DNA of 64,000 nucleotides from Octopus vulgaris (GCA_951406725.2 OX597828.1:372001-436000); one strand, 5' to 3'. Shown: positions 42,499-57,069, counted from the stretch's first letter. The notes: generated from the sequence alone by a model not told the origin. Numbers and translations are program-made.

Positions 42499-43654
42499 CA
42501 TGCATACATTCATAATTGCAAATATTTGCGTTGTATATGTATGTGTATATGTATATATGTATATATATGATATATATGTGTGAGTATACATACATACATA
42601 TGTGTGTGTGTGTGTGCTTGTATGTATGTGTGTGTGCGTTGCGCATGCGTCCCCTCGCGAAGATGTACGTATGTCAGTGTGTACTAATAGCTTAATTATA
42701 TATATTATATGTTAATTTTCTGGTAAACACACACACACATCACAGAAACACACTCAAGCACACACACACACACATTCGTGAGCACATAGAAATATATAGA
42801 CATGTAAATGGATGTGTGTGTGTATGCGGGAGTTTGTATGTATGTGTGAGTGTGTCCTGTATGTATATATTTATGCGTGTATATATCTAGGTATGAATGT
42901 ATATCTATATCTCTAACTGTACATTATGTATATCACGAGACTGTTAATACTCGTATCTATATGGTTTTGCTTCGACCATTTTGCTTGAATGAATGGGGTG
43001 TATATACTACAGCTCTTTCTTTCTCTTCCTCTTTCTCTAATTGACTGACTCTCTGCCCCAAAATTTCGGGCCTTGTGTCTAGAGTAGAAAGCGATAAATT
43101 AAGTACCAGTGAAAAATTGGGATCGATTAGTCTCCTCCCGCCAAATTTGAGGCCTTGGGCCTCCGCCACTGGAAAGTATTATTACGCATACGCGCGCTTT
43201 ATTCTTTCTGTAATTGAATCGAAAACTTGGTTCTAGTGGCCAAAAGATAAAGATGGCATATACACGTAGAACGACAGAGAGACAGGTTTATGCTTATGCT
43301 TATATATACACACGTACATAAATGTATGTGTGTGTAATTATATATGTATGCGCGTATGTGTTGCTGTATAGAAATATGTATGTTTATTACCACGTTCCTT
43401 TCAACATATTTATAGTCCTATGTGTAAGGCATATTACACATGTATATCAGTGTATGTGCGTGCGTGTGTATGTGTGTGCATATAGAAATAGATATTCTTA
43501 CACATGCCTTCCCCCTCTCCCTCCCACTGTGTGTTTGTATGCGTATATATATATATATATATATTCTGTGCGTTTGTATGTATATATAAATGGATGGATG
43601 TAAGGATGTATATGTATATACATACATAAATACTGATAGATAGATAGATAGATG

Positions 43655-43698
<44 letters not shown>

Positions 43699-44064
43699 CG
43701 CAGTATATATACATACGCAAATACAGACATACATACACACACACACACACACATACATATATGCGTGTGAGTCCATACAAATATATTTGTTGTTGTTGTT
43801 ATTAGTGTTGTTGCTGCTCTCATTTAGTCTGGAGTTTTCTCCCACAATAGGTGAGTCGTTGTTCTCAATGACTACCAGAGCGCGACCGTGGGACCTCTGT
43901 GGGTGTGTGTATGCGTTTCACTGTGTGCGCATTGTGTATGCATACGTCTGTGTATGTGTGTGTGTTTGTGTGTATGCGTGTGTGTTTCTATGCTACTTAC
44001 AAACTAGTTGCATGACAAAAAAAACATTTTATTTTCTTTTGTTGTTTTGTTTCTTTTTTGTTCC

Positions 44065-44126
<62 letters not shown>

Positions 44127-44405
44127 CTTTCTCTCTCTTCCTCTCTCTCCCTCTCGTCTTCTCCCTCCCTCTTTCTCAGAAATATACTGTTGAATAATTA
44201 TTATCTCTCTCTATTTCTCATATACATATACATATATATATACGACGGGCTTCTTTCAGTTTCCGTCTACCAAATCCACTCACAAGGCTTTGGTCGGCCC
44301 GAAGCTATAGTAGAAGAAACTTGCTTAAGGTGCCACGCAGTGGGATTGAACATGGAACCATGTGATTGGTAAGTAAGCTACTTACCACACATCCACTTCT
44401 ACGCC

Positions 44406-44447
<42 letters not shown>

Positions 44448-44693
44448 AAAGTATAAATATATATACATACGCATACAAGCAGACACATACACATGCATAT
44501 ATGTCTGTGAGAGAGAGAGAGAGAGAGCGTGTGTGTGATGTGTATGTCTGCTGTCTGTCTATGTATCTGCACACACATAGACACACACACACATATATAT
44601 ATAGGCGTAGGAGTGGATGTGTGGTGAGTAGCTTGCTTACCAACCACATGGTTCCATGTTCAATCCCACTGCGTGGCACCTCAAGCAAGTTTC

Positions 44694-44720
44694 TTAGGGT
44701 TAGGTTTAGGGTTAGGGTTA
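44694..44720 (+). repeat. Interstitial telomeric repeat, ~4.5 units
   Basis: TTAGGG TTAGGT TTAGGG TTAGGG TTA. Confidence 0.85.
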
Positions 44721-45660
44721 TTTCCTTTACTAACTAGAAATCCAAAAATGAACGACATCCTGAAAACACACAAAACTCATCAAAAGCAAAAACAAGACAA
44801 ATCGCTAAAGAGACTACTAACAAATGCGAAGCTTTACAAAATAACCATAAACCAACTGTTGAAAAATGTGGACGGCCAAACTGTGGAACCTGCCCCAATC
44901 TGCTTGAAGGCTCGGATTTCCTTTTGAAACAAGGACAGAGGTTCACAATTAAAACTAGTTTTACTTGTGCCTCAGAGAACCTAATTTATGTAATCACCTG
45001 CTCAGGTTGCGAACACCACTATATTGGACAAACGAGTATGACCTTGAGAAAGAGAACCACTCTACATAAAGAGCAAATCCGTTTCCCGCAATACAGACAA
45101 ATTCCTCTCAGTGAACATATAGAAAAATGTGCAGCTAACATCAAACCAAATTTCACAGTCTTCCCTTTCTACCAGTGCAAAGACGTAATCTCTCAACTAG
45201 AACGTTTAAATAAAGAACCTTTTTTCATTGAAAAATACAAAATACGTCTTAATATGCACGCATAACCAGCTTTTATCTTCTTACATATTTCAATTCACGA
45301 CTACATCACTGTACATAAATCCCCTACTAAACAAGGTTTTTGAAACTTGTCTCTGTCTGTACACATATATAATCCCCACACATTACCGAAAGCTGAACAG
45401 TTATCTCCCCTACCCACAACAATAACAATAATAGCGACAACCAATTACCTCCCTTTATTTATCTACTTATGAAGTCATTCACACGTGAATTTCATCACAC
45501 ACAACATGGACAAAATTTCTTAAGAAAAAATATGTATTCAAATAAGTAAAACATAATATCATGAATAGCGATAGCGAAACCGGTCGATATATTAAAAATC
45601 ATATTAAAACTATGTAAGTGTGCGTATTTTCCTTTTGTAATTTCTTATATACATTACAAC
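44721..45660 (+). mobile_element. 5'-truncated Penelope-like element (GIY-YIG endonuclease plus 3' region)
   Basis: Linker CGRPNCGTC and LIYVITCSGCEHHYIGQT..LRKR...H (GIY-YIG). Degenerate hammerhead at 45556-45590. The 3' boundary is approximate. Confidence 0.85.
45556..45590 (+). ncRNA. Degenerate minimal type I hammerhead ribozyme
   Basis: ATATC-[ATGAATA in place of CTGANGA]-GC GATA GC-GAAA-CCGG-TC-GATAT. Stems I-III are intact but the core has two substitutions. Confidence 0.6.
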
Positions 45661-45819
45661 TCACCACGTGGGGATAATCGAAATTCCTCTTTTCTGATAT
45701 ATATATATATATATTCGGAAAGTCAAATTTTCTTTTTCTGGTGGATAGATGCACCGTTTCAGAGCCTTTCGCAACTAAACATATATACGTAACCACATAC
45801 ACTGGCATTTATACATACA

Positions 45820-45922
<103 letters not shown>

Positions 45923-46051
45923 AATAAAGAGAGTGGTCACTATATTGCTCACTCTAGCACCAGTTAATCCAAAAGGTTTCAACCACGAAAATATATGAAA
46001 GCCAGTACGACTGTTAGCTCACACGGACAGGGCAAATAAATAACAAAAATA

Positions 46052-46145
46052 CAGATTATTTTGGGACAATTGTTTCGCTATTAATGAATTAAATGTAATA
46101 TTACTTACAAAAATCCATTTGTAGCTCGTCAGCCAAGACTATCTG
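46052..46145 (-). ncRNA. Type I hammerhead ribozyme, copy 1
   Basis: Reverse complement of the motif at 47042-47135. Predicted cleavage after the C at 46065. Confidence 0.88.
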
Positions 46146-46584
46146 GATGAAATCCACTCAATCACACGCCAGATTTTACCATAACGATAAATACGCGTGT
46201 GGTTCAATTGATTACATCCGACGTTATAATTCAAATGCCCCAACCAACAGCGCGCCAAACTCTCACGGAAAACAAATACAGCATTTAGAAATAAATGCAG
46301 CATAATTATAATTAATTAATAAGGGTGAGAGAATTAGATACTAATTTAATAGTATATTTATTCCACACCAAGTGGCCTAGTGCTACGAGAAACCTGGATT
46401 ATTATAATATTTTATAACATATTATAATATTTTTACAAAATAAATATAAGAGAGTGGTCACTATATTGCTCACTCTAGCACCAGTTAATCCAAAAGGTTT
46501 CAACCACGAAAATACATGTTTCCCATGAAAGCCAGTACGACTGTTAGCTCACACGGACAGGGCAAATAAAAAATAACAAAAATA

Positions 46585-46678
46585 CAGATTATTTTGGGAC
46601 AATTGTTTCGCTATTAATGAATTAAATGTAATATTACTTACAAAAATCCATTTGTAGCTCGTCAGCCAAGACTATCTG
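46585..46678 (-). ncRNA. Type I hammerhead ribozyme, copy 2
   Basis: Same motif. Predicted cleavage after the C at 46598. Confidence 0.88.
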
Positions 46679-47041
46679 GATGAAATCCACCTTTTGGATT
46701 AACTGGTGCTAGAGTGAGCAATATAGTGACCACTCTCTTATATTTATTTTGTAAAAATATTATAATATGTTATAAAATATTATAATAATCCAGGTTTCTC
46801 GTAGCACTAGGCCACTTGGTGTGGAATAAATATACTATTAAATTAGTATCTAATTCTCTCACCCTTATTAATTAATTATAATTATGCTGCATTTATTTCT
46901 AAATGCTGTATTTGTTTTCCGTGAGAGTTTGGCGCGCTGTTGGTTGGGGCATTTGAATTATAACGTCGGATGTAATCAATTGAACCACACGCGTATTTAT
47001 CGTTATGGTAAAATCTGGCGTGTGATTGAGTGGATTTCATC

Positions 47042-47135
47042 CAGATAGTCTTGGCTGACGAGCTACAAATGGATTTTTGTAAGTAATATTACATTTAATT
47101 CATTAATAGCGAAACAATTGTCCCAAAATAATCTG
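47042..47135 (+). ncRNA. Type I hammerhead ribozyme, copy 3
   Basis: Stem I CAGATAGTCTTGG/CCAAAATAATCTG; CTGACGA at 47055-47061; stem II GCTA...TAGC; GAAA at 47111-47114; palindromic stem III ACAATTGT; GUC triplet, cleavage after 47122. Confidence 0.9.
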
Positions 47136-47404
47136 TATTTTTGTTATTTTTTATTTGCCCTGTCCGTGTGAGCTAACAGTCGTACTGGCTTTCATGGGAA
47201 ACATGTATTTTCGTGGTTGAAACCTTTTGGATTAACTGGTGCTAGAGTGAGCAATATAGTGACCACTCTCTTATATTTATTTTGTAAAAATATTATAATA
47301 TGTTATAAAATATTATAATAATCCAGGTTTCTCGTAGCACTAGGCCACTTGGTGTGGAATAAATATACTATTAAATTAGTATCTAATTCTCTCACCCTTA
47401 TTAA

Positions 47405-47458
<54 letters not shown>

Positions 47459-48217
47459 ATCGTATCAGTTATATTCATAATATATTAAAATTTCCTTCTA
47501 AATTTGAGAAGAGAAAATCGCAAAACCCTTCTTACTACTTGTCAATACAAGTATGAATGCAAAGGAGGTGGAATTGGCAGAAATGTAAAATTCATTTCTT
47601 GTATTATTTTATATTTTAATGAAAATGACCGTTTGACCTTGTGTATGTAGACACGGACAACTTTGGATATAAGTTTCATTGTATTTGGTATCATAAGTTT
47701 CCAACCAGCACTAGGACTGGAATTGATCCCTGCACAGGTATTATTGTTCGTATGTTCAATTACCGCCAAACAATTATGGGAGGCATTATCAATACCGGCG
47801 TTGGGCTGGGATGGGGTGTCACTACTATTATACTCTCAACCCTTGTGTCACCAAGTTGCTTCTGCTAAATATATATACATACACATAATGACGATGATGA
47901 TGACGCTTTGGCTGTTTTGCTTGTTTGCTGTGTAAAATTTTCGCCTCACTGTATATATGGATGCATAATATGCATTGTAACATCAACCAGCAGCTGAAAC
48001 TTTGAAACAGCTGTAAATACTATCTTCATCTTGTGCTTATTTATATAAAAATATCTCATATAAATAAAGGCCACCGATATCTGTCCATTTTTTGACTATT
48101 TTTATATGCACATATATCTAGAAAATGCATAAATATACGTATAGTTATACATATATATACACACATACATACACAAGCATAAATACTTATATACGTACAT
48201 GCGTACACACACACACA

Positions 48218-48309
<92 letters not shown>

Positions 48310-49036
48310 ACAAATGTCACTAAACGTGACTAGGGTGTTAGAAAACACCTACATTGCTAGAAATAAGTGGTAAACTGCTTTAATGTCGTACTTGATGCAT
48401 ATGATTGAAAACATATATACTAACAGGGAGTATAATCGTCCGAAAAGCGCCGATCAACAATTGACATTTGTAATCCGCCTTTTTTATGAAACATTGCTAA
48501 TTGGTGTTTATATTAATTATACATACATACATATAATCATACAAACATACATACATACATACATATATACATACAAACATACATACATATATGTATATGT
48601 ATGTATATATATATATATATATATATATAAACAGTAAAAATAATTACAGACATGGACAAGAACATGAAACGCCACAGAGACGACACAAGAACCACAGGAC
48701 GGGACATTCGAAGCCCTCAGTCATCATCAAGAACCAGATCATCTTAGCAATTTCGGCTGATTAATCTTGATTGCTCCGATATGGCCAGCCCGCCACGGGA
48801 AATCTAAGCCAAGTGCATTAGATCCCCTGGAAGAAAGCTTCGAATGTATACAACACGAGGACGGAAAACGAACGAAGTACACGAACAAAAATACAGAATA
48901 CGTGACAACAATAAGAATACAAAAACGTAAAACAATAACGGTAAAAATAAAGTATAAAGAATAAACAACAAAACAAAACCAGGACGTAGGACAAGGGTCT
49001 TTCGACAGGACGAATTGAGCATGGGGCTAGCTTATG

Positions 49037-49128
<92 letters not shown>

Positions 49129-49228
49129 GCACACATATCTAGAGGTTACATATATATGAATATATTCCTATAAGTAATGTATAAATATTTTTGTATGAAT
49201 GTGTGCATATGTATATATGTATGTATAC

Positions 49229-49305
<77 letters not shown>

Positions 49306-49749
49306 GAAGGTGGTAGTCATTGTACTTCGAGAGCTATTGTTTGTAGTGATGGTGGTGGTGGTGCTAGTGACGTCGGTGTAAATAGGTTTTGTGTAGGTGG
49401 GTAGAAAGGCGGGCGGTGTCACTAAAGATGTGCAATGTTCCTTTCACTGTGTAAATTAAACAGATTCAGTAAAACTTGTTTAAAACGAGGTGGTCACGCC
49501 TAGCAAACCCTAAAACAAATTGCAACAGTCCGCCAAAAGTCTCGAACTTTTATTTTCTCTTTTCACCTTGATTGTTTGCTATCTTTCACCTGTTTGACCT
49601 CAGAGACGTAAAGGCAGTTCTTTGTCAACTTACAAATATTTTATTTGAAAATCTTTTAAATAAATAAAAAAAGCCAAACCTTAAATTTTTTCTTTTTTCC
49701 GTACATTTTGAATTGTTGTTGGTATTATTACTGTTATTATTGTTATTGC

Positions 49750-52700
49750 TTATTACAAGGACTACAAGTGTCACAAGCGCTCCGTGAGTTTTCCAATTGT
49801 TTTCATAGGTATAAATCTAGTTTTGTTTCCCTTTTGTTATAGAGTGAGTAATTCACTTGAGCAGACCATAAGGGTCTAAGTAAAAGTCCTTGTTGTCTGC
49901 TCCAGGGGTAAAATTTCGAAAAGAAAGTTTTCCTTTTCGAAATATTGTATAAAATATTCAATGGTGGAATCTTCTTTGCCAAACGGAAAAGAGAGGATAG
50001 TGGGGCGGGGTATTGAAGGCGAAATTGGCTTTTGCAATCAGTCTCCAACAAACATGGAAAGAGGTAGTGATAGCAACAGCAATAGAAACATTCTCGACGA
50101 CGCCCAGTGTATCCCCAAGAACGTCGTCGCACTTGCCCGTCACTAAACCTCTATAGAACGCCCGAGTGATACTTCCCTCGACTGCATTGCTCGACTGACA
50201 GACAATTGTGAGCTCCTGGCGACAGGTGCCAGGCGCCCTGCCTCGGTCTGCGTTTGATCCAGGACTGCAGCTCAGACAAAGAGACAAGCAGTGGAAAATC
50301 CTGTCTGACAAACGGCGACCACACCTGCTCAACGTCCAGGAAGCACTGGAGATGTCGCAGCCTCAGCGCATGTCTACGCATCAGAAGCCACGGCATGTCA
50401 AGCCTTCTATTCAGCGGGTGTTGATAGCAAACGAGTGGAACGCATCCCTTCCACAGAAAGCAGATGAGTAGGCGCTCCAATTTAGTCAGACGTAAACCGG
50501 AGCCAGGCATGACGCTCAGGCGGTAATACATGACGGAGGCGATGTAAGCATTCGCCACCTCTACCCGGCCTTTCAGGAATAGCATTCTCTCAGCCCATTT
50601 CTAGGTGAGATTGGCCACTCTGCTCGTCATCCCCTCCCAGTTCTTCTCCACTTGAAGATCTGACACAAATCAGATGACGAGCAATTTCATCCAGTGTCCT
50701 ACCACGTTATTGGACAGCACTGACCTGCCTCTTCAGGTGCCGAGTTGCAGGACCACTGACTTTGCTTGTTAATTTTCGCCTGAGTCACCGCCTCGTATTC
50801 TTTTAGAGCAGGGCCGACCATGTTTATGTGCCTGGTGTTCGACATAATGATGGTTACGCCGTCTACGTATATCGACTCGATTCTCCAATGTCCTAGTTCG
50901 CGCGAGATGTCTCTCAACGCCCCTAATTTCCGTAGTAGTGACTCTAGAACAAGTACATACATAAGAGACAAGAGCTAACATCCTTGAAAGACCGAACTCA
51001 GGATGCTGAATCGTTCCTATAGGTAACCATTTACCCGAACAATCGAACAGATGTCGCTGTACATTGCAGTGATGCAGCCACGGAAAACGGGGACGAAACC
51101 GACCAACAAGTATTGGTGGTCGATCCTATCGAAGGCTTTAGACTAATTCATGCGAGTTTGAGACTGATCCATGCAAGCTTCTTTGCTCACTCTGTCTATG
51201 ATGTATCACTTGAGACGGAGATTGTCGTGAAGGGATGTTTGGGATTGCGCATGTTTGCGCATCACCAACCAGTTCCTCGACGACAAGCACCAACCTCTTT
51301 GCTAACACCATGGCCAACATTTTGAAGTCTATATTCAGCAGCATTATGGGCCTAAAATTTTCGATTCCAACCCTTTTGTTTGAGTCCTTTCTTAGCTGTG
51401 TCACCACTCCTCGACTCACAGAATTAGGAATTCTCCTGATCTTCTATCACTTGCTGTAGATGTCTGCTGATAGGCCTCCAAACAAGTTTGGCACATAAAA
51501 ACAAAGCTGGTGGGGCAGACCTTCCAAACCAGGCGATTTGCTCCCCATGCAACCCATTATTGCATCCCTTATTTCCGCGGTTGTTATCCACATTATGCAA
51601 TGCTCCACCGAGAATCCTGGCATGCCGTCTAGGTCACTGAAGTTCATCCTGCATTCAGGACTCTGCCATTCGTTCCAAACAGTTGAATGAAATACTGCTG
51701 AAATGCCGCACGCATCTGTTCAGGATCGAGTACTGGGAGCTGAATTGTGGATTTGTTGCCACGTTGCGCCTCTGCCACTCGGCCCCATCGAACAGATTCC
51801 GTTCCCTCTTGTCTCAGAGTATGCACAACCTTCGTGTCTAGTTGAAGAATTGTTCCAGGGCCAATCTCGTGTCCAACACGTCGGTTGCGCCTCTTTTAAG
51901 TTTCTAAGTTCCCTTCTATTTAATTTCTTTCTATCATTAATGCCTTTCTAAACATAACTGATTCTACTCTAATTTCCTTTTTCAGAGCAAACTATCATTT
52001 GTTGATGACGGTTACCCCCGTCAGCACCCGCTAATCTAATTCTCTACTCCGGTCTCTGTAAGTTTGGCACTCCGGGAGTGGCACGTTCAGCTTCCAGTTG
52101 ACACGTTACCTCCTAAGTCTATCTAGGTTCGCCATACAGATCATAAAATGTGTTCATCAATTCATTGTCCATGTTTATTTCGGTATAGTTAATAATATTT
52201 GAATATTGCTGGTGAAGCTTCGTGCCATCTGGTAGGCTTATGAATTCTGGCATGGCCTCGACGCTTGGCTGATCTGCCTGTATTAATAACTGCATATCCT
52301 GTTCTAACTAGTTCCGCTTCTGGATTTTCTGCATCCGTAGAATAGTGGTATTCTCTTCTGTGTCAAAGAGAACCGCAGCCACCAACCAACAGATTTCTGG
52401 TAATATATTTTGTATTCTTTCTTTGAACAGCACTCAGCCAAGGAAGATGAGGACGAGAATGAGTTCTTCACTCGTTAGGGTGGCCATTGAGTGACATTTG
52501 GCCGCCTTCTCTTGAACAAACCTCATTTCGACAGTCCCACCTCCCCCCACCCACCCCCAGGTTAAACAGGTTTTGTTCTTCCAAACTGGTCGTAAACATT
52601 TTTGTTATTTGCTGCTGTGTAGCCTGCTCTGCTCTTTTACTTTTTGCTCCAATTGTTTTACATAAAACTGTCCGAAAATTGTTTTTTTGCAGGACAGATC

Positions 52701-53180
52701 TAGAAATATTTAGTGCCTCATTTCTTCCACATTTTCCTTCGTACATTTTGCAATTTTGAATTCGTTTACGTTGATAAAGATGTCTTCGCTTACTTGTCTT
52801 GTTGCGTGGTTCGTTTTCTTTGTTGTCATTTTCGATAATGATGTTGGTGGTGGTAAGTTCGCTGTTACCACTGGCGGTGCTGGTAGAGGTGGTAGTGTGC
52901 CCCACTGTTGTTGTTGTTGTTGTTGTTGTTGTCGTCGTCGTCATTATTGTTGTTGTTGTTGTTGCTTTTTGTAGCCATTGATTTCTTATGCTCCTGCGAT
53001 GGTGAAGGTGTTGCTGAAAGAAACGGAAAGTTATTTTCGTAACCTTCACTGGTGCTATTGTTGTTTTTCTTGTTGTTGTATAAAATATTGGGGAGTTTCT
53101 CAGCCAAAGCAAACACCAAATTAGCGCCCAAGGACTACGGATGGAGAGCTGACGAGCTCCCTAAAGTCCTGGTTAATTTA
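49750..53180 (-). mobile_element. Decayed Tx1/L1-type LINE (ORF1 remnant plus RT ORF2)
   Basis: KSPGLEGLP, NFRPIMLLNIDFKMLA..LAKRL, QTCAIP, YVDGVT (YADD equivalent) and LFLKGRVEVAN. Similar to the copy at 24331-25400. Assigning 52140-53130 to ORF1 is tentative. Confidence 0.75.
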
Positions 53181-53276
53181 TCTATATAACAATATCAAAT
53201 ATGCAAAGCATAGCAATATATAACAATATAAATAACAACAAACTTACGGAAGCAATGTACAACAGAGTCGATAGAC

Positions 53277-53349
<73 letters not shown>

Positions 53350-53835
53350 GGAGGCTAGAGAGAGGCAAGACGTGGTATGAGCACAAATCACAGAGAGTGG
53401 CAGAGTCGGAGACTAGCAAGATTCTCTGGGATTTCTCAATCCAAACAGATCAGGTGTTAGTGCATAACAGACCGGACCTAGTGGTGGTGGAAGAGGTGCA
53501 CCACATGTGCTATATAGTTGATGTTGCATGCTCGTTTGACCCACGAATAGTCAAGAAGGAAGTACGAAATAGCCGGGCTATGGGAAATGAAGAAGGTGAA
53601 GATAGTGCCAATTATTGTTGGATCCTTTGGAACAGTATCAGAAGGCATCAGGAGGAATATAAGGGAAATTGGAATAGAGTGCCCAGAAGAACTGTTACAA
53701 AAGGTTTGCCTTCTTGACACGGCCAGAATAATCAGGAAAGTATTAGCTGAAAAGAATGGATAGCAAGGTACCGTAGGCTGCAGGTAGCAAGCCCATTAAG
53801 CATGCAAGATTCCAGAAATTCCAACAAAACCTGTG
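53350..53835 (+). mobile_element. R4/Dong LINE 3' fragment (third subfamily) within (TAA)n
   Basis: KILWDFSIQTDQVLVHNRPDLVVV...IVDVAC.FD...QKVCLL.TARIIRKVL. Confidence 0.85.
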
Positions 53836-53856
53836 ATAAAGATAATAATAATAATA

Positions 53857-53960
<104 letters not shown>

Positions 53961-55216
53961 CCTTAACTGGACACTAAATGAACTAACCAAAATAGACAGG
54001 AAAACAAGAAAAATAATGACAGGATCTAGGATGCACCACCCAAAATCTGGCATAGAAAGGCTATATGTACAACGTATAGAAGGTGGTAGAGGCCTTATAA
54101 AGATGGAAAACTATTTTAAAATAACCACCATAGGACTGCAAAAATACCTTCTTCAGAAACAAGGAAAACTAATACAAATAGCCACAAAACATGAGCAAAA
54201 CAAAAAAACTGTTTTCAGTATTTAAGGAAGCTTACAAACACAAACAAGACATCATACTACCTAACAAATATGAAGAAGAAATACAACAAAAGGTATAAAA
54301 CAAATGAAATCCAAACTAAAACTAGAACAGCAACGGATCATGATAAAACGATGGCAAGAAAAGCCCCTTCATGGCAAATACTAGGCTAAACTAAATGCAA
54401 AAGGAATAGACAAAGAAAAATCCCAGCAATGTTTGAGAAGCTCAGGACTCAAAGCAGAGACTGAAGGATTTTTAATTGCAGCACAAGAACAAAGCCTCCC
54501 CACCAGAAATTACCAAAAACATATAATAAAAAGAAACATAACAAATAACTGCAGAATATGTGGAGATGGACACGAAACAATAAATCATATTATCTCTCGC
54601 TGCCCAGTCCTGGCTAAGAAGGAATATATTCACAGACATGACAGAGTTGGGACCTACATACACTGGAAGCTATGCCAACACTATGGAATAACAACAGAAA
54701 AAAGATGGTATAGGCACACCACAGAAAAGGTCACAGAAAACGAGAAAGCAACCATACTCTGGGATATGCCAATACACACAGATAGAGAAATTAAGGCCAA
54801 CAGACCAGATATAGTTGTCAGAGATCATGAAGAAAAAAATGCTTCCTAATTGATGTATCAATACCAGCAGATGACAACGTGTCTCTAAAAGAAATGGAGA
54901 AACTTTCAAAATACAAAGACCTGGAAATAGAGGTAACTCGAATGTGGAATCTAAAAACAGAAACAATTCCTATCATAGTAGGTGCATTAGGCATGATAAA
55001 AAAATATTCAGACAAATACATAACAAAAACACCAGGACTTACAAACACATATAACATACAGAAAATTGCACTACTAGGCACTGCACACATCCTACGCAGA
55101 ACACTTTCCATACAATAACCATCAGAGCATCACAACAAAACACAGCACATACCCAAGGCACACAGAGCTGCGCTCGGTAGTGAAGTGAAAGCACAATATA
55201 AAAATAAAACTACTGA
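53961..55216 (+). mobile_element. R4/Dong LINE 3' fragment within (TAA)n
   Basis: RLYV.R..GGRGL, K.LHGKY, CCHC finger, RHD and RLE motifs. Highly similar to the reverse complement of 37507-38296. Confidence 0.9.
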
Positions 55217-55219
55217 ATG

Positions 55220-55281
<62 letters not shown>

Positions 55282-55484
55282 TGGTTTCACATTTTGCCAC
55301 AAGGGCAGCAATTTTGGGGGTATTTATTTTATCGACCCCGAAAGGATGAAAGGTAATGTTTGACCTCGGCGGAATTTGAACCCAGAACGTAGCGACGGAC
55401 GAAAAACCGTTAAGCATTTCGTCCAACGTGTTAATGATTCTGCCAGCCTTATCAATAATAGCAACAACAACAATAATGATGATG

Positions 55485-55534
<50 letters not shown>

Positions 55535-55800
55535 GATGGTGATGATAGCCTGAACTTTTGTGAAGAGAGGCCTAGTTGATTACATCGACCCCACAGTTCA
55601 ACTGGTACTTATTTAGCGACCCCGAAAAGGTGAAAAGCTGAGTGGATTTCGGCTGCATTCGAACTCGAGAAGGAAAGAGACATAAGTAAATACCGTATGG
55701 CACTTCATCGAATGCTGTACTGATTCCACAATACTAGTAATGATGAACAGCCTCGTTTAGCTTTTGACTACTACTACTGCTGCTGCTGCTGCTGCTACTG

Positions 55801-55865
<65 letters not shown>

Positions 55866-56439
55866 GCCACTACTACACTAATATTACTAATACTAATACT
55901 GCTGCTGCTACTGCTACTACTGCCACTACTACTACACTAATATTAATACTACTACTGCTGCTGCTGCTACTACTACTCTTGCTGCTGCTACTACTGCTGT
56001 TTCTACTGCTGTTGCTGCTCTTTCAGTGACCTGGACAGTTCTAATCAGAACTAATCTAAGCGGAGGTTATAAAACCCATTGAACGTCTGGCGTTGTCAAC
56101 AAATCCACAAACCCGATGCATTTTATATCGTATGTCATTCACTGTAGAAGCAGTATTCATAATTTATCAACCAATGAAGGGAAAAAAAAAAGGAAAAATA
56201 AAATATTAATTTGTCTTTAATGAGAATCGAACGCAAAACATTAAAATAACAAGTAACCACCACTTCATCAATTATACAACCTAACACATGAATGAATGTA
56301 ATATCTCCCTGATGTGCAGTTTTAGTGTTAGTTGTAAGAGAAAAGTAATGATAAAAATGTTTAAAAATCAGGCAAATGATTGAAAATTAAAATGACCGCA
56401 AGCCTTGTTCCGAAATATTAATGCACAGCCATTTTGTTT

Positions 56440-56482
<43 letters not shown>

Positions 56483-56831
56483 GTTTTGTTTTAGTTCTCT
56501 CTGTTCTCCTTCTTTTAGCATCCTGCTACAACATATGGATTTTCATCGTGTTCACACTGACCTAAATATGGCGTTGAATCTCTATCTAAATGCTAACAGG
56601 TCACTGTTAGGTGGGAGGGGTGAGCTTCCTCAGTAGACAAGCACGCAATTTACAATCGCTCGGTTTTTGTCTCTTTATTCATTGATTGATCAAATAATAA
56701 AATGATTGGTGAAACAACTTATTGCCTAATGCTGTCACAGATGTAGCCAATTAGTTTATGGGAGGTTCAAGCTAAAAAAATATTTCACATTTCAATATGT
56801 GTCATATACAAGATGACAAACCACGCGCATA

Positions 56832-56910
<79 letters not shown>

Positions 56911-57038
56911 GAGACACACACGCGCACTGACATATATATATAATTACTATCCATTTATATATCTATATATATACATACATACACACACACACATACATAT
57001 ACATATACATACATACATATATACATACATACATATAC

Positions 57039-57069
<31 letters not shown>

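Noticed and set aside
42078-42646. Many YI/HT/CV and poly-I/L/Y ORFs here and throughout the window
   Set aside because: Stop-free translations of simple repeats.
56813-57069. N-terminus of the 320-aa ORF
   Set aside because: Microsatellite translation upstream of the truncated PLE.
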